Positions 27,501 through 36,614 of a DNA stretch of 64,000 bases are shown one piece after another; the stretch's first letter is position 1, and every line of letters begins with the position of its first letter. Source of the DNA: Azolla caroliniana (Eukaryota; Plantae; Polypodiophyta). The position numbers and the translations under genes are program-made. The stretch is taken from assembly GCA_043228905.1 (NCBI GenBank), contig JBHGNT010000016.1, positions 4,402,001 through 4,466,000 of the forward strand. Reading direction: 5' to 3'. Below the pieces are notes generated by a model. It was not told the origin of the DNA. It saw only the letters and a program-made list of their open reading frames with translations, and made no database searches.

Positions 27501-28141
27501 CCGGCTTTTACCTTGTCAAATACATCGGCATAAGGATGATATTTTGCTGGAAGTTGTACTGAGGAGTCCTTAATAGTCCTGGAAGGATGTACTGATATTG
27601 CAAATAGGAACATTGCCTCCTTGGGTCCTTCTTCGCGTAGTTGATGGAGTGAAATGGTTGAAACTTGGTGAGGTGATTCTTGGGGTGGTCGATATCGGAC
27701 TTCTCTTGTTCTCCAATCTATGGTTGGATTATGTAATTCAAACCAAGGTAATCCTAGGACAATGGGATGCTCTGGACTACTAATTATATTAAATGATATT
27801 ACACACACAAAACTATCTAGGACAACTTGAATGGGTTCTGATTCTTCTACAATATTCCTAGAAGCAATGGGACGACCATCAATGACTACTATAGATGCGG
27901 GACAAGGAAGTTTTCTTAAGGATATCTGAGAAGCTTGGGCAAAATTTCGATTAATGAAACAGGAATTAGCTCTGGAATCTAAAAGTGCTAGGACGAGTAC
28001 TGGGGGAGTACTTTTAGTACTAACAATGACTTGGGCTAGGAACACATTGCTAACTTGCTTGGAAGGAATGGAACCACTAATGAGCTGTACAGATCTAGGG
28101 CTGCTGTCCAACCAAACGGCTCCTATTTTGGCTGGACTCAA
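24572..28141 (-). pseudogene. Chromovirus pol (PR-RT-RH-IN-chromodomain)
   Basis: ORFs 26756-28141 and 24572-26668 share one frame, separated by a single TGA where CGA fits. The protease motif reads DSRA instead of DSGA. Confidence 0.93.
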
Positions 28142-28150
28142 TCGTTTAAC
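28096..28150 (-). promoter_or_regulatory. Predicted -1 ribosomal frameshift signal (G UUA AAC plus stem/pseudoknot)
   Basis: Heptamer GTTAAAC at 28150-28144, two codons before the gag stop. 6-nt spacer, then an 11-bp stem GTCCAGCCAAA/TTTGGTTGGAC. Pol is in the -1 frame. Confidence 0.75.
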
Positions 28151-29262
28151 TCTTCATCTAATTGACTAAGGATTTCAAATTTATTTGATATACTTGGGCT
28201 ATTAGTACTATGAATACTATCAAACACTCTATTAGTACTATTAATACTATCAGACACTCCTAAGGGAAGAATTGACTCGGGTTTAGTACAGGCTACAATT
28301 TGATTTACCTGTCTTCTTGGCCTATGGGGACAATTGATTGCGATATGCCCTGGTCCACCGCAATAAAGACATAATCGATTTGCACGTCGTCATTGCTTTT
28401 CTTCTTCCGATAACGGGCCGCGTCGACACATGGTATCGATCTCCATCGGTGTCGAAGTATTTGCTTGAGGTATGTCTCGTGCAAATGGCCTAGCGCGTGG
28501 TATCTGTAATTGACGTTCCGAACGCCGTTCGAAGAGGCGGTTGTCACATCGGACCGCTCGACTGATTGCCTCCGTAAGAGAATTTGGTTCTTCGGGGAAA
28601 GTTAGAAGTAGATATTTGACATCATTTCGCAGGCCATAGCAAAACTGCTCCATTAGTGCTTGATCATCCCAGGGTATGTCGGAAGCGAGTAGGCGGAAAT
28701 CCGCCGCATAGGCAGAGGCTGGATGATCGCCTTGACGCAATCGCCGGATCTTGTTGATCGTCGTCCTGATGCTATCGGTGTCTCCAAAGCAGGCTTTGAA
28801 CTCACTAATAAAATCTTCAAAGTTATTAAGCAAGGGCGATTGTTTTTCTAGAAGCGGAGCGAACCATGCTAAGGCTGAGCCGCTAAGCAACGTGCCTATT
28901 AAGCTGACTCAAGATGCATCAGTGGGGTATCGGGAAGGATGCATTTGGAGGACTAATCGTACCTGATTAAGGAATCCCCTGAATTGCGATCGCGTTCCAT
29001 CAAATTTCCCAGGAAGTCCAATCTTCGGCTCTTTATGAAATCCTTGGGGACTTGATCCTTGTTGTTGCAATGCCGCTTCGAGTTGTTGCACCCGTAACGC
29101 TAACTCCCCATGTTGTTGCTGCGTTTGTTGCTTTTCTAGAGCGATTTGTTGCAGATCCCCTATCAGCCGTTGGTTTTCTTGTTCCAGGGCAACAAACTTT
29201 TCTTTTAGGCACTGTAACTCGGAGAAAACGGATTGATATTCTTGGGCGCTAACAGTAGCCAT
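28138..29262 (-). pseudogene. Chromovirus gag
   Basis: One frame from ATG 29262 to TGA 28138 with two internal TGA stops (28909, 28390). Coiled coil, capsid-like LLSGSALAWF and a CCHC knuckle. Confidence 0.9.
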
Positions 29263-29318
29263 AGTAGGGGGAAAAGGATAGGAGGATGAGGGAGAACGAC
29301 AAGTAGGTTGGAAGAAAG

Positions 29319-29330
29319 AAATTGGTTCAA
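29319..29330 (-). promoter_or_regulatory. Predicted self-priming PBS of the chromovirus
   Basis: Element-sense TTGAACCAATTT, 2 nt after the inferred LTR end, is perfectly complementary to AAATTGGTTCAA (29546-29535), which starts 33 nt downstream of TATAAAA. Confidence 0.7.
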
Positions 29331-29686
29331 ACTATCAGGAATAGTACTAAAGCAGAGATGGAATTAGTACTAAGAAGAGTAGTACTATTAGTACTAAGAG
29401 GACGGGACTGCGTAAGATTCCCGAGAGAGAGGAAGTGAGAAGAGGAGAGAGAGAGAGAGAAATAGGATGATGACAGCAGCTCTTATATTATATGAAAGAT
29501 AAGTACAAATCGGCTAAGAGGCTTAAGACTGGTGTTGAACCAATTTGGTTCAAAACAATGCCTTGTGCCTCCTTTTATAGTGTTTTTAGGAATAATCCTG
29601 AAGCTTCTAGAATGTTCCAGAGAGATCTGGAATATACATCAATTTTCTATGATAAAGCATAAATGAAAATAATATCCTACAAAATA

Positions 29687-29759
29687 CAATTCATAGTCTA
29701 ATGGTAAGAGCTCGACCCATGTAGCATAAGGTCATGGGTTCGAGTCTTGCCATATCATG
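29687..29759 (+). promoter_or_regulatory. tRNA-like Pol III A-box/B-box cassette inside the chromovirus LTR (second copy 24485-24557)
   Basis: A box TAGTCTAATGG at 29694-29704 and B box GGTTCGAGTCT at 29737-29747, with tRNA-like spacing. The cloverleaf is imperfect. Confidence 0.65.
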
Positions 29760-31322
29760 ACAGCTACTCTTCTGATCCACTCTCTGAGCTTTGTCGGTTT
29801 TTTCTTTGAGTGCCCGACAGTCGGCTTTGATGTGTCCTGGTTTCTTGCAGTATTTGTAAATTCGGTTGTCCTGGGACTTGCTCTGGCTTCGTTGATTGTT
29901 CAGCTGTCGGGAAGAACTTCTTCCCCGGTTGTTCGATCGGTCGGTCGAACCTTGTACTACGTAAGCTTCATCTGCCGAGTCTTTGGCGAAAGACTATCTC
30001 CGAGCTGCTTCAGCCAAGATTGCGCTCGTGACTTCGGAGTACTTAACGGTAGCTGTTGAAGCATTGCACACGGTTGTAACGAAAGTTTCCCATGAAGAGG
30101 GGAGACTACTCATGAGTATCATTGCTTTGAGTTCATCCTCGATTGCCGTCCCCTGAGACGAGATTTGGGAGCTTATGCTTTCGTACTCATTGAGGTGTGC
30201 CTGAACCGAATCGGATTCTTTCATCCGCAAGTTGTAGAGGCGCCGAATCAGATACATCTTCGTTGCCGCGACCTTCTTTTCATAAGTTCCGACAGTGTTT
30301 TCCAAAGTTCAAAAGTTGTCGTGCATGATTGCACTCTGAAGTACATTGACTCCGACAAGTGCATCCGAATCGTGGCGCGGACAATTCTATCCAGCTTTAG
30401 CCACTCGTTTGCCTTGTATGCTTCTGGAGGATTTTCATTCTCAATCGGGTCTATCTGACCCTTGACTATGAGATAGTCTTGCATTTGTTCCTTCCAGAAG
30501 TTGAAGTTCGAACTGTCGAACCTCCTTAGACTTATCTCCGATGAGCCGGATGTTGATGCCATCTACTTCGGTTTTGGTTGGTAAGACTCGGTTCGGAGTT
30601 GACTACGAACCTTAATGGAGTGCAGTCAGTCGGCTCACCCGATATCGTTCTAGTCGGTTTTGAACCCGAGTTGGTTTGGTTTCGGATACTTGTTGCTGAA
30701 CTTGCTCGGAGTGACTCCGGTAACTCGAGGGACAGAATCGGCTGGTTTTTCCGAATGTTGTCGAGTCGTAGTGAGCCCGGTTAGCTTCCGATTGTATGTC
30801 GAATACCGATTACACGAAACCGATTGTTTGGGCCGATACTGCTTTGGATGACTGCAACAATGAGAGGGATGGATCCAACTGATCCTCCCGAATGTCAATC
30901 AGCCGAGTGAAGCACGAATTTGGTTGTTGCCTGGAGACCAATCTGTAGCGGGTGGTTACAGCAAGCGGATGAATAGCGTCTGGTGACCTATTCAAATGTT
31001 GTTTAACCGAATGAAGCACGATTGGGTCAGTTGTTGCTCAAGGAGCTCCCCTCAAGTGGTTACAATCACAGGAACAGAGTACAGCCGACTGGCTTACTCC
31101 AATTTGTGATTTAACACAGTGAGATGCGAGCTTTTTGTTTTTCTTCTCCCTTCTCTGTTCTTCAAAGAAAATGAAAACAGAATGTTGTGTGGTGTACTAT
31201 GACGGCCGGTAGCAGGTTGAAGAACCTCCAACGCTCTGATACCAAATGTTGTGGACAAGGCCGTCAATGCGGAAGTGCAAGCAACATTCGTGATGAAGAA
31301 GAACCTATGTATGCGCATAAGC

Positions 31323-31370
<48 letters not shown>

Positions 31371-32688
31371 CACAAACAAATGTTGTATTCCAATAGCAAC
31401 AGTTACAAAACAACAACCAACCTTTACTAAAGGTTACAAAGTCACTATATATAGTGACTATCCTAGGGCAACTGCCCTTTATGCTATTTACAAAAATAGC
31501 CCAAACTTGGGCTGTCCAAAGGGACAGTGTGAATACAACCATTATACACTCGTATTTGACACCACCATAGAGTTCTCTCTATGTCTCATTACGAATAGTC
31601 TACCGTAGTCATCGTAGTTGGAGTTGGTGGCGTAATTCGTGAGTTGTCGGCTTATGGACGTTGACTCGCGCATCTTCTTTCGGCACTCTTCTTCGCGGTG
31701 GCCGACTTTGCCGCAATATCCGCATTCGATTGAGGTTTGTCGGCTCGGACCAGCGGAATGGTGGCTCCCCCTTCTTCCGAAGGTTCCTCGATGGCCTCCA
31801 TCTTGTTGTCGTAATTGAGAGTTGTTTTCATAAGTCGGGCCTCGTCCCCCTCGTCCTTGGCCGAATCGGCCTCTTCTTGCACGGCCGCATCCTCTTCCTC
31901 CGTCCAAGTGCGTGTAGAGCATTTGGCCTTCCGAGCTATTACTCCTTGTTCAAACATGGTTTTCTTCAAACAACAACATGGATTGAAGATCGAAGAAGGA
32001 GGACGGATTCTCCCGTGCTAGTACGACGGTCCGCATCGCGCCGAATCGTGGCGCAAGGCCGCCGAGACATATTTACACCATCTCGTTATCCTCCACATTT
32101 ACGCTTATCGAGCCGAGCGCATCACAAAGCTCCTTGATCTTCAAGGTGTAGCTTGTGATGGACATATCCCTTTGTTGGATATTATTCAACTCTAGTTGAA
32201 GCTTCCTTGCAGTCGTGTTGGCGGCAAAAATCTTTTGTAGGTTCTCCCATGCTTCCTTTGGCGTCCCGGCTTCGCGAATGTAGCCGAGCATGTGGTCATG
32301 TACACATGTCGCCAAGCAATACATTACACGACTCACCGCTTGCTCCCATGTTGCATAGTTGGCGTCTTTCGGGTCAGGGCGGTCTTCTTATGCTCCTTTG
32401 ATGTAGCTCCAATAGCCTTGGCCGACAAGGTATTGGTGCATCTTGTACTCCCAAGATACAAAGTTGTTGCGATCCAACTTCTCGCTAGGGAGAGCGCTCC
32501 CCATTTGAGTATTCATTGTCGATGTAGATTTCTTCCTTCTTTTCTTTTCCTTCTCTCTCGAACACGAGCTATGTAGTCGCACTACGATAACGATGAGCCG
32601 ATTCTTCTTGAACGTCAGCGTAGAGCACAACACACGATCAGGATGAGGCGAGTGGGCTAGATCGAGCTACCAAATCGCTCTAATACCA

Positions 32689-33157
32689 TGTAAAGAATCA
32701 ATGGTGATTCTTGTGTAGTGGAAGAGATGTGAGTTATGTGTGTATGTGTGAGAGAAGAGCGGAGAGGAGAGAAACACAAGATAGATAAGAGACAATATGA
32801 AGTACTCAAGAAGAAGAAGAAGGACATGTATATTAACAAGTAGAATATGAGATACAAAATAGCGTTACAAGGAGTCACAACCAACTAAAAATGGAGTAGG
32901 AGGAGGGTGCTTTATATAGAGTCACCCTCTCTCTTCGTTTACTCACTACAACGTTCACTCTCTCACTACCTAGAGGAATGTGAAGTCTTACGGTCATGGG
33001 GAATGTGGAACCCATTAGTTATGTGTCATAGAATATGAATCTATGACACGTAGTTTAATGTGTAGAGAGTGGTGGTGTGACTCTTGACCTTTGAGTAATC
33101 ATAGATTCTCAAAAGGTGTGTTCACACGTTGCTCTATGTTGAGCTTGATTCTCAACA
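32689..33157 (-). repeat. Copia-1 5' LTR
   Basis: Adjacent to the PBS on its inner side and the TSD CCAAT on its outer side. Confidence 0.97.
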
Positions 33158-33357
33158 CCAATCTTGAACCAAACCGGTTAAGCGCAAACTAGTTTAGGAA
33201 CCGGTTTAGCCAAGCCAATTAAGCTTTAACCAGTTTGCCCCAAATCAATTCAGTTTTGCGTGAGCCATCCCAAACTAAGCTCAAACCAATCAAGGAAGCT
33301 CAAGCCAAAACCGAACTATTTTTAAACGGTTTAACGATTCGGTTCAAGCTTGAGCTG

Positions 33358-33802
33358 TGTTAAAGCTAGATCTTAATGTAAGCATGAGATAAGGATATAA
33401 TAGATAGAAAAATAAGAGAGGAGAGAGAAAGAAGGGTGTCAATCCACCCGACCACCCCCGAGTGAAGCGATCGAGGCGGACTTGAGCCTCGATCGGCGTC
33501 CCATACCACCGTCGTGGCGTTGAGTCGTACTTGGTACTAGCGCACTCGCTACAAGAGTTTGATCCACTACAAGTACAGAGTCTCGACATAGTCAAGAGTT
33601 GTCAAATGAAGGTAGTTAGGCCTCATATTTATAGCCAGATCTAAGGCCCCTAGGCAAGTTCACACTTGGCCTTAATGGGTTGCCTCAATCCCAAGGATTA
33701 AAAGTAATCCTTCCCATCTTTACACTCTCGTTTAACCCTCACACTTTATCCATGTGTATAGAATACTACAGTACGGGATATTATATGGTCATGCCCATAA
33801 CA
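33358..33802. mobile_element. Solo LTR (445 bp) inserted in the MITE
   Basis: TGTTA...TAACA termini, TSD AGCTG/AGCCG. The MITE sequence resumes on the far side. Confidence 0.8.
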
Positions 33803-33833
33803 AGCCGAGCTGTTGCTGATTCTTAGCATTAAG

Positions 33834-34280
33834 GATGAAGTGGCATGATGCTAAAATATCAAATTTGGAAATATTACATTGCACATGTTAACCCCCAACA
33901 TTGGCCCTATGTAATGTACAAGGTAAAAATACGAGAAAGTACCCAATTGCATCTCACTACCCTTATGCACCTTGGCTCTCGCAGAGCCTTAATACTTCGT
34001 CAAACTCACTTACACAAGCTAGGTGTTGAGGTGGCATCATGGTATTATCACCCAAATATGAAGATATGCAAGGTATGAAATGAAAAGCTAGTGGGGGATG
34101 AATATCATTCACTTATTGCATGCTTAGCGTATAAGGTAATTCACGAGAAGTACGATGACTTGTTAGATGGGCGTACGATAATGTTATTGTCATACTCAAA
34201 TCTCCACCACGAAGGGTGAGCACATTTGTGCATGCATTGTTTTCACATATAGAGTTTTTACTATAAGGTAGTAATCCCCC
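33834..34280 (+). mobile_element. Decayed LINE ORF2 C-terminal zinc-finger region (continuation of 15780-16620)
   Basis: Reads ...HKLGVEVASW...KICKV*NEKLVGDEYHSLIACLAYKVIHEKY, resembling the C..C....EDE.H....C..Y...R.KY end of RTE/RTEX-type LINEs. Confidence 0.7.
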
Positions 34281-35036
34281 TTGTTAGAAAAGAGTGTCAT
34301 ACGAAATGCTATGTTGATTTGGTCCCATTGGTCAAAATGGACCTCATCATGGACAATAAAGCATCTCTTCTATTATATTCCCTATCTTTCCTCATATTCT
34401 TCTTATTATATAGTCAACCATTACTACTATCCATTACCATTTGTAACCCTTTTTATTCCATATCTTCAGAGATTTCATTGGTTTGGCTCGTCCCCAAGCT
34501 TCCATTACGGCAACTAGATTTAGTTCTAGACAAAAAGTCAATGTTACACCTCATTATGACAACACCAAGTAATGTGGATTACCACAAGAGACGATTTTCT
34601 TCTTCTATCGTATATCCGACCATCGATCGGTTCCCAACATTACACTCATTTTGAAGCCCGTTTTCGTCGGACATAAAGCTATAGCCGGACACTTGGCCAA
34701 GAGATTTGCTGGGGATAAAGAGTTTCTTTGTGAATGTTGTTGTGAAGAGAGGAGAGGGTCTCTGTTTCTGTGGTCTGTACAGAGTAGATCTTAAACCTTA
34801 TACATCAAAAACATTTTTAACTGTTTAAGTATTGGTAGCTACTAGCTACTTGCATGGCTTAGGGTTTTGAGTCTTTAGGAAGAAGAAGATGGATGGGCAG
34901 AGAAACGCAGGGGAGCAGGATGGATTTGTTACTGTAAACGAATGGAGAAATGGTGGTTTGTAGACATGGTTAATCATCGCTGGCTTTTGGTTGTGATGGC
35001 AGGACTCGTGGGCTCACCTCCATAATTTCATATATC

Positions 35037-36614
35037 ATGCTGCTCAGGAGGCCAGGCGAGGTAAGAAGAACATCATCCTCATCATCTTGGACAGGAGATT
35101 GGATTCTCCATCACAAGTTTTGTCGTGAAATTCGCTGCCCCTTCTTTACATCCCCTGTAGGACTTTCTTTTAATGTGATGAGTTGTGTTAAAGATAAGGT
35201 GCCATGGAGCAATCCGTCATCATCATTGACACGCTCTGTGGATCTTCTGGTGGATCAAATCGAAACAAGTGGGGCATCTGCCTATGCTGATCTTTTACAA
35301 CGTTGCAAGACTGCAAAATCGCTGTCGGATGGCATTCGTGTCCATCATCACATGCTCATGCATTGGGGTTGCTATGCATCAACAATGACCACCACACCTC
35401 TCCTTGATCTCCTTCTTCAAATGTACTGCAAATGTGGAGCGTTTGAAACGACGCTGGATTTGTTTTATCATGCCTCCATGGAACCTTATCAATGGGAGCT
35501 GTTGTCATGGAGTGCCGTGATCCGTGCTTATTCTATGAGTGGGGATGAAAAACATGCGAAACAGGTCTTTGCCCAATTACCTTTGCATTCAGTTTTGCCG
35601 GGAAAGTCTATACTTGCAACTGTTTTCTCAGTCTTTGCTGATCTAGGGGACATATCAGAGGCAAAACGTGTGCATGCATGTGTAGTGCATAGTGCATACA
35701 GTGATGATACTATTGTTTTGACTAGTATCGTGAGCATGTATGGTAAGTGTGGCAATTTTGATGCTGCTCGCCTTACATTCAATGGAATCTCAAAGCGGGA
35801 TTCTGCCTCATGGGATGCGATGATTGGGGCGTGCTCTATAAGTCAGGATGTGTTTTTGCTCTTCTCACAAATGCAGAAGGAAAGATTGGTCCCAACTGAT
35901 AATACTCTTGCTCATCTTATCACTGCCTGTTTCGATGCAAACTTTGAAGATGCTAGGCTTGTGCATTTGATGCTAATGGAAGATAAAATGAATGTAAGTA
36001 ACGAAATTGCAGCCTCACTTATTGGTTTGTATAGTGCATTTGGTAGCTTAGAAGACTCTCAAAGCGTGTTCAATGTATTATGTAATCAGAAATGTGTGGA
36101 TTCATGGAATCCCCTGATCAACGTGTATGTTAAGAATGGTCAAGGTGGATATGCACTTGAGAAATTCAAAGAAATGCAAGACAGAGGAGTACAACCAGAT
36201 GAGCTTACATTCATAACCATGCTTTCGGTTTGCCTGGATCACCATTCAATAGCTGTAGGTGAAAGTATGCATGGCCGGATAATTGCCAAGGGTTTCGAAT
36301 CCTCTGTCAAAACAAGGGTGGCTCTCTTGGATATGTATGGAAGGTGTGGAGATCTTGATAGCGCTGTCAAATTGTTCAGAAAATTTCCTACTCAGACTAC
36401 TGAAGTATGGAATGCTATGATGATTGTATACATAAGATTTGGTTTGGGAAAGAACATCTTTTCCTTGTTCCATCGCATGCATCAGGAAGCGTGCATTCCT
36501 AATGAAGTTACTTACAAACACATTTTTCATGCATGTGAGAGCAAATTGCATGATCTTACTACCAGGAAAATGTATACACTGGTTATGTTTCAAAGAATAT
36601 TTGCATCTGGTTGA
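35037..36614 (+). CDS. PLS-class pentatricopeptide repeat protein without an intact E/DYW domain
   Basis: 525-aa intronless ORF with P/L/S motifs, e.g. TSIVSMYGKCGNFDAAR..F, SWNPLINVYVKNG, GVQPDELTFITMLSVC, ALLDMYGRCGDLDSAVKLF. The start could also be the ATG near 35178. Confidence 0.9.
   Translation: MLLRRPGEVRRTSSSSSWTGDWILHHKFCREIRCPFFTSPVGLSFNVMSCVKDKVPWSNPSSSLTRSVDLLVDQIETSGASAYADLLQRCKTAKSLSDGIRVHHHMLMHWGCYASTMTTTPLLDLLLQMYCKCGAFETTLDLFYHASMEPYQWELLSWSAVIRAYSMSGDEKHAKQVFAQLPLHSVLPGKSILATVFSVFADLGDISEAKRVHACVVHSAYSDDTIVLTSIVSMYGKCGNFDAARLTFNGISKRDSASWDAMIGACSISQDVFLLFSQMQKERLVPTDNTLAHLITACFDANFEDARLVHLMLMEDKMNVSNEIAASLIGLYSAFGSLEDSQSVFNVLCNQKCVDSWNPLINVYVKNGQGGYALEKFKEMQDRGVQPDELTFITMLSVCLDHHSIAVGESMHGRIIAKGFESSVKTRVALLDMYGRCGDLDSAVKLFRKFPTQTTEVWNAMMIVYIRFGLGKNIFSLFHRMHQEACIPNEVTYKHIFHACESKLHDLTTRKMYTLVMFQRIFASG

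Larger units (their letters stand above)
24229..29762 (-). mobile_element. Tcn1-like chromovirus (Ty3/Gypsy with chromodomain) nested in Copia-2
   Basis: 5' LTR about 29333-29762. 3' LTR 24229-24560, truncated at its outer end. PPT AAGGGGGAGATAG. Gag 29262-28138 with CLYCGGPGHIAINC. Pol in the -1 frame 28141-24572: protease LLDS, RT YLDD, RNase H DASDFA, integrase GPF, chromodomain EYEV..ILDS...YLVDWLGY...TWEP. Confidence 0.95.
20549..31561 (-). mobile_element. Copia-2: full-length Ty1/Copia element (Tnt1/Tork-like gag) nested in Copia-1
   Basis: LTRs at 20549-20874 and 31247-31561 carry (GA)n. TSD CCGCC/CCACC. PBS TGGTATCAGAGCG. Gag starts at 30562 (FDSSNFNFWKEQMQDYL), zinc knuckle YCKKPGHIKADC. 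Protease WLLDSGAS, integrase, RT (YKARLVAKGF, YVDD) and RNase H to 21072. Removing the element restores the Copia-1 gag-protease frame. Confidence 0.97.
16721..33157 (-). mobile_element. Copia-1: full-length Ty1/Copia LTR retrotransposon (outer), decayed
   Basis: 469-bp LTRs at 16721-17189 and 32689-33157 (TG...CA), perfect TSD CCAAT. PBS TGGTATTAGAGCG (tRNA-iMet type). PPT AGCTTGAGGGGGCG. Gag about 32516-31570 with CGYCGKVGHREEEC. Protease WFVDS, integrase, RT (YKARLV, DVKNAFL, YVDD) and RNase H (DADWAG) at about 20545-17200. Confidence 0.97.
16629..33825. mobile_element. hAT-like MITE split by Copia-1 and a solo LTR (pieces 16629-16720, 33163-33357, 33808-33825)
   Basis: Ends TGGGAATTGACAATGG / CTGTTGCTGATTCTTA match the 13464 MITE family. 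8-bp TSD ACATTAAG (16621-16628) / GCATTAAG (33826-33833). The pieces rejoin colinearly with the 13464 copy. Confidence 0.8.

Noticed and set aside
429-28911. Premature TGA/TAG stops in the retroelements rescued by U-to-C editing or readthrough
   Set aside because: Reverse editing in ferns and hornworts is organellar. CGA>TGA and CAG>TAG are the expected products of 5mC deamination in silenced nuclear TEs, and G>A changes accompany them.
29687-29759. Functional tRNA gene in the LTR
   Set aside because: Acceptor and anticodon stems do not pair and the T stem is weak. Only the promoter boxes are tRNA-like.
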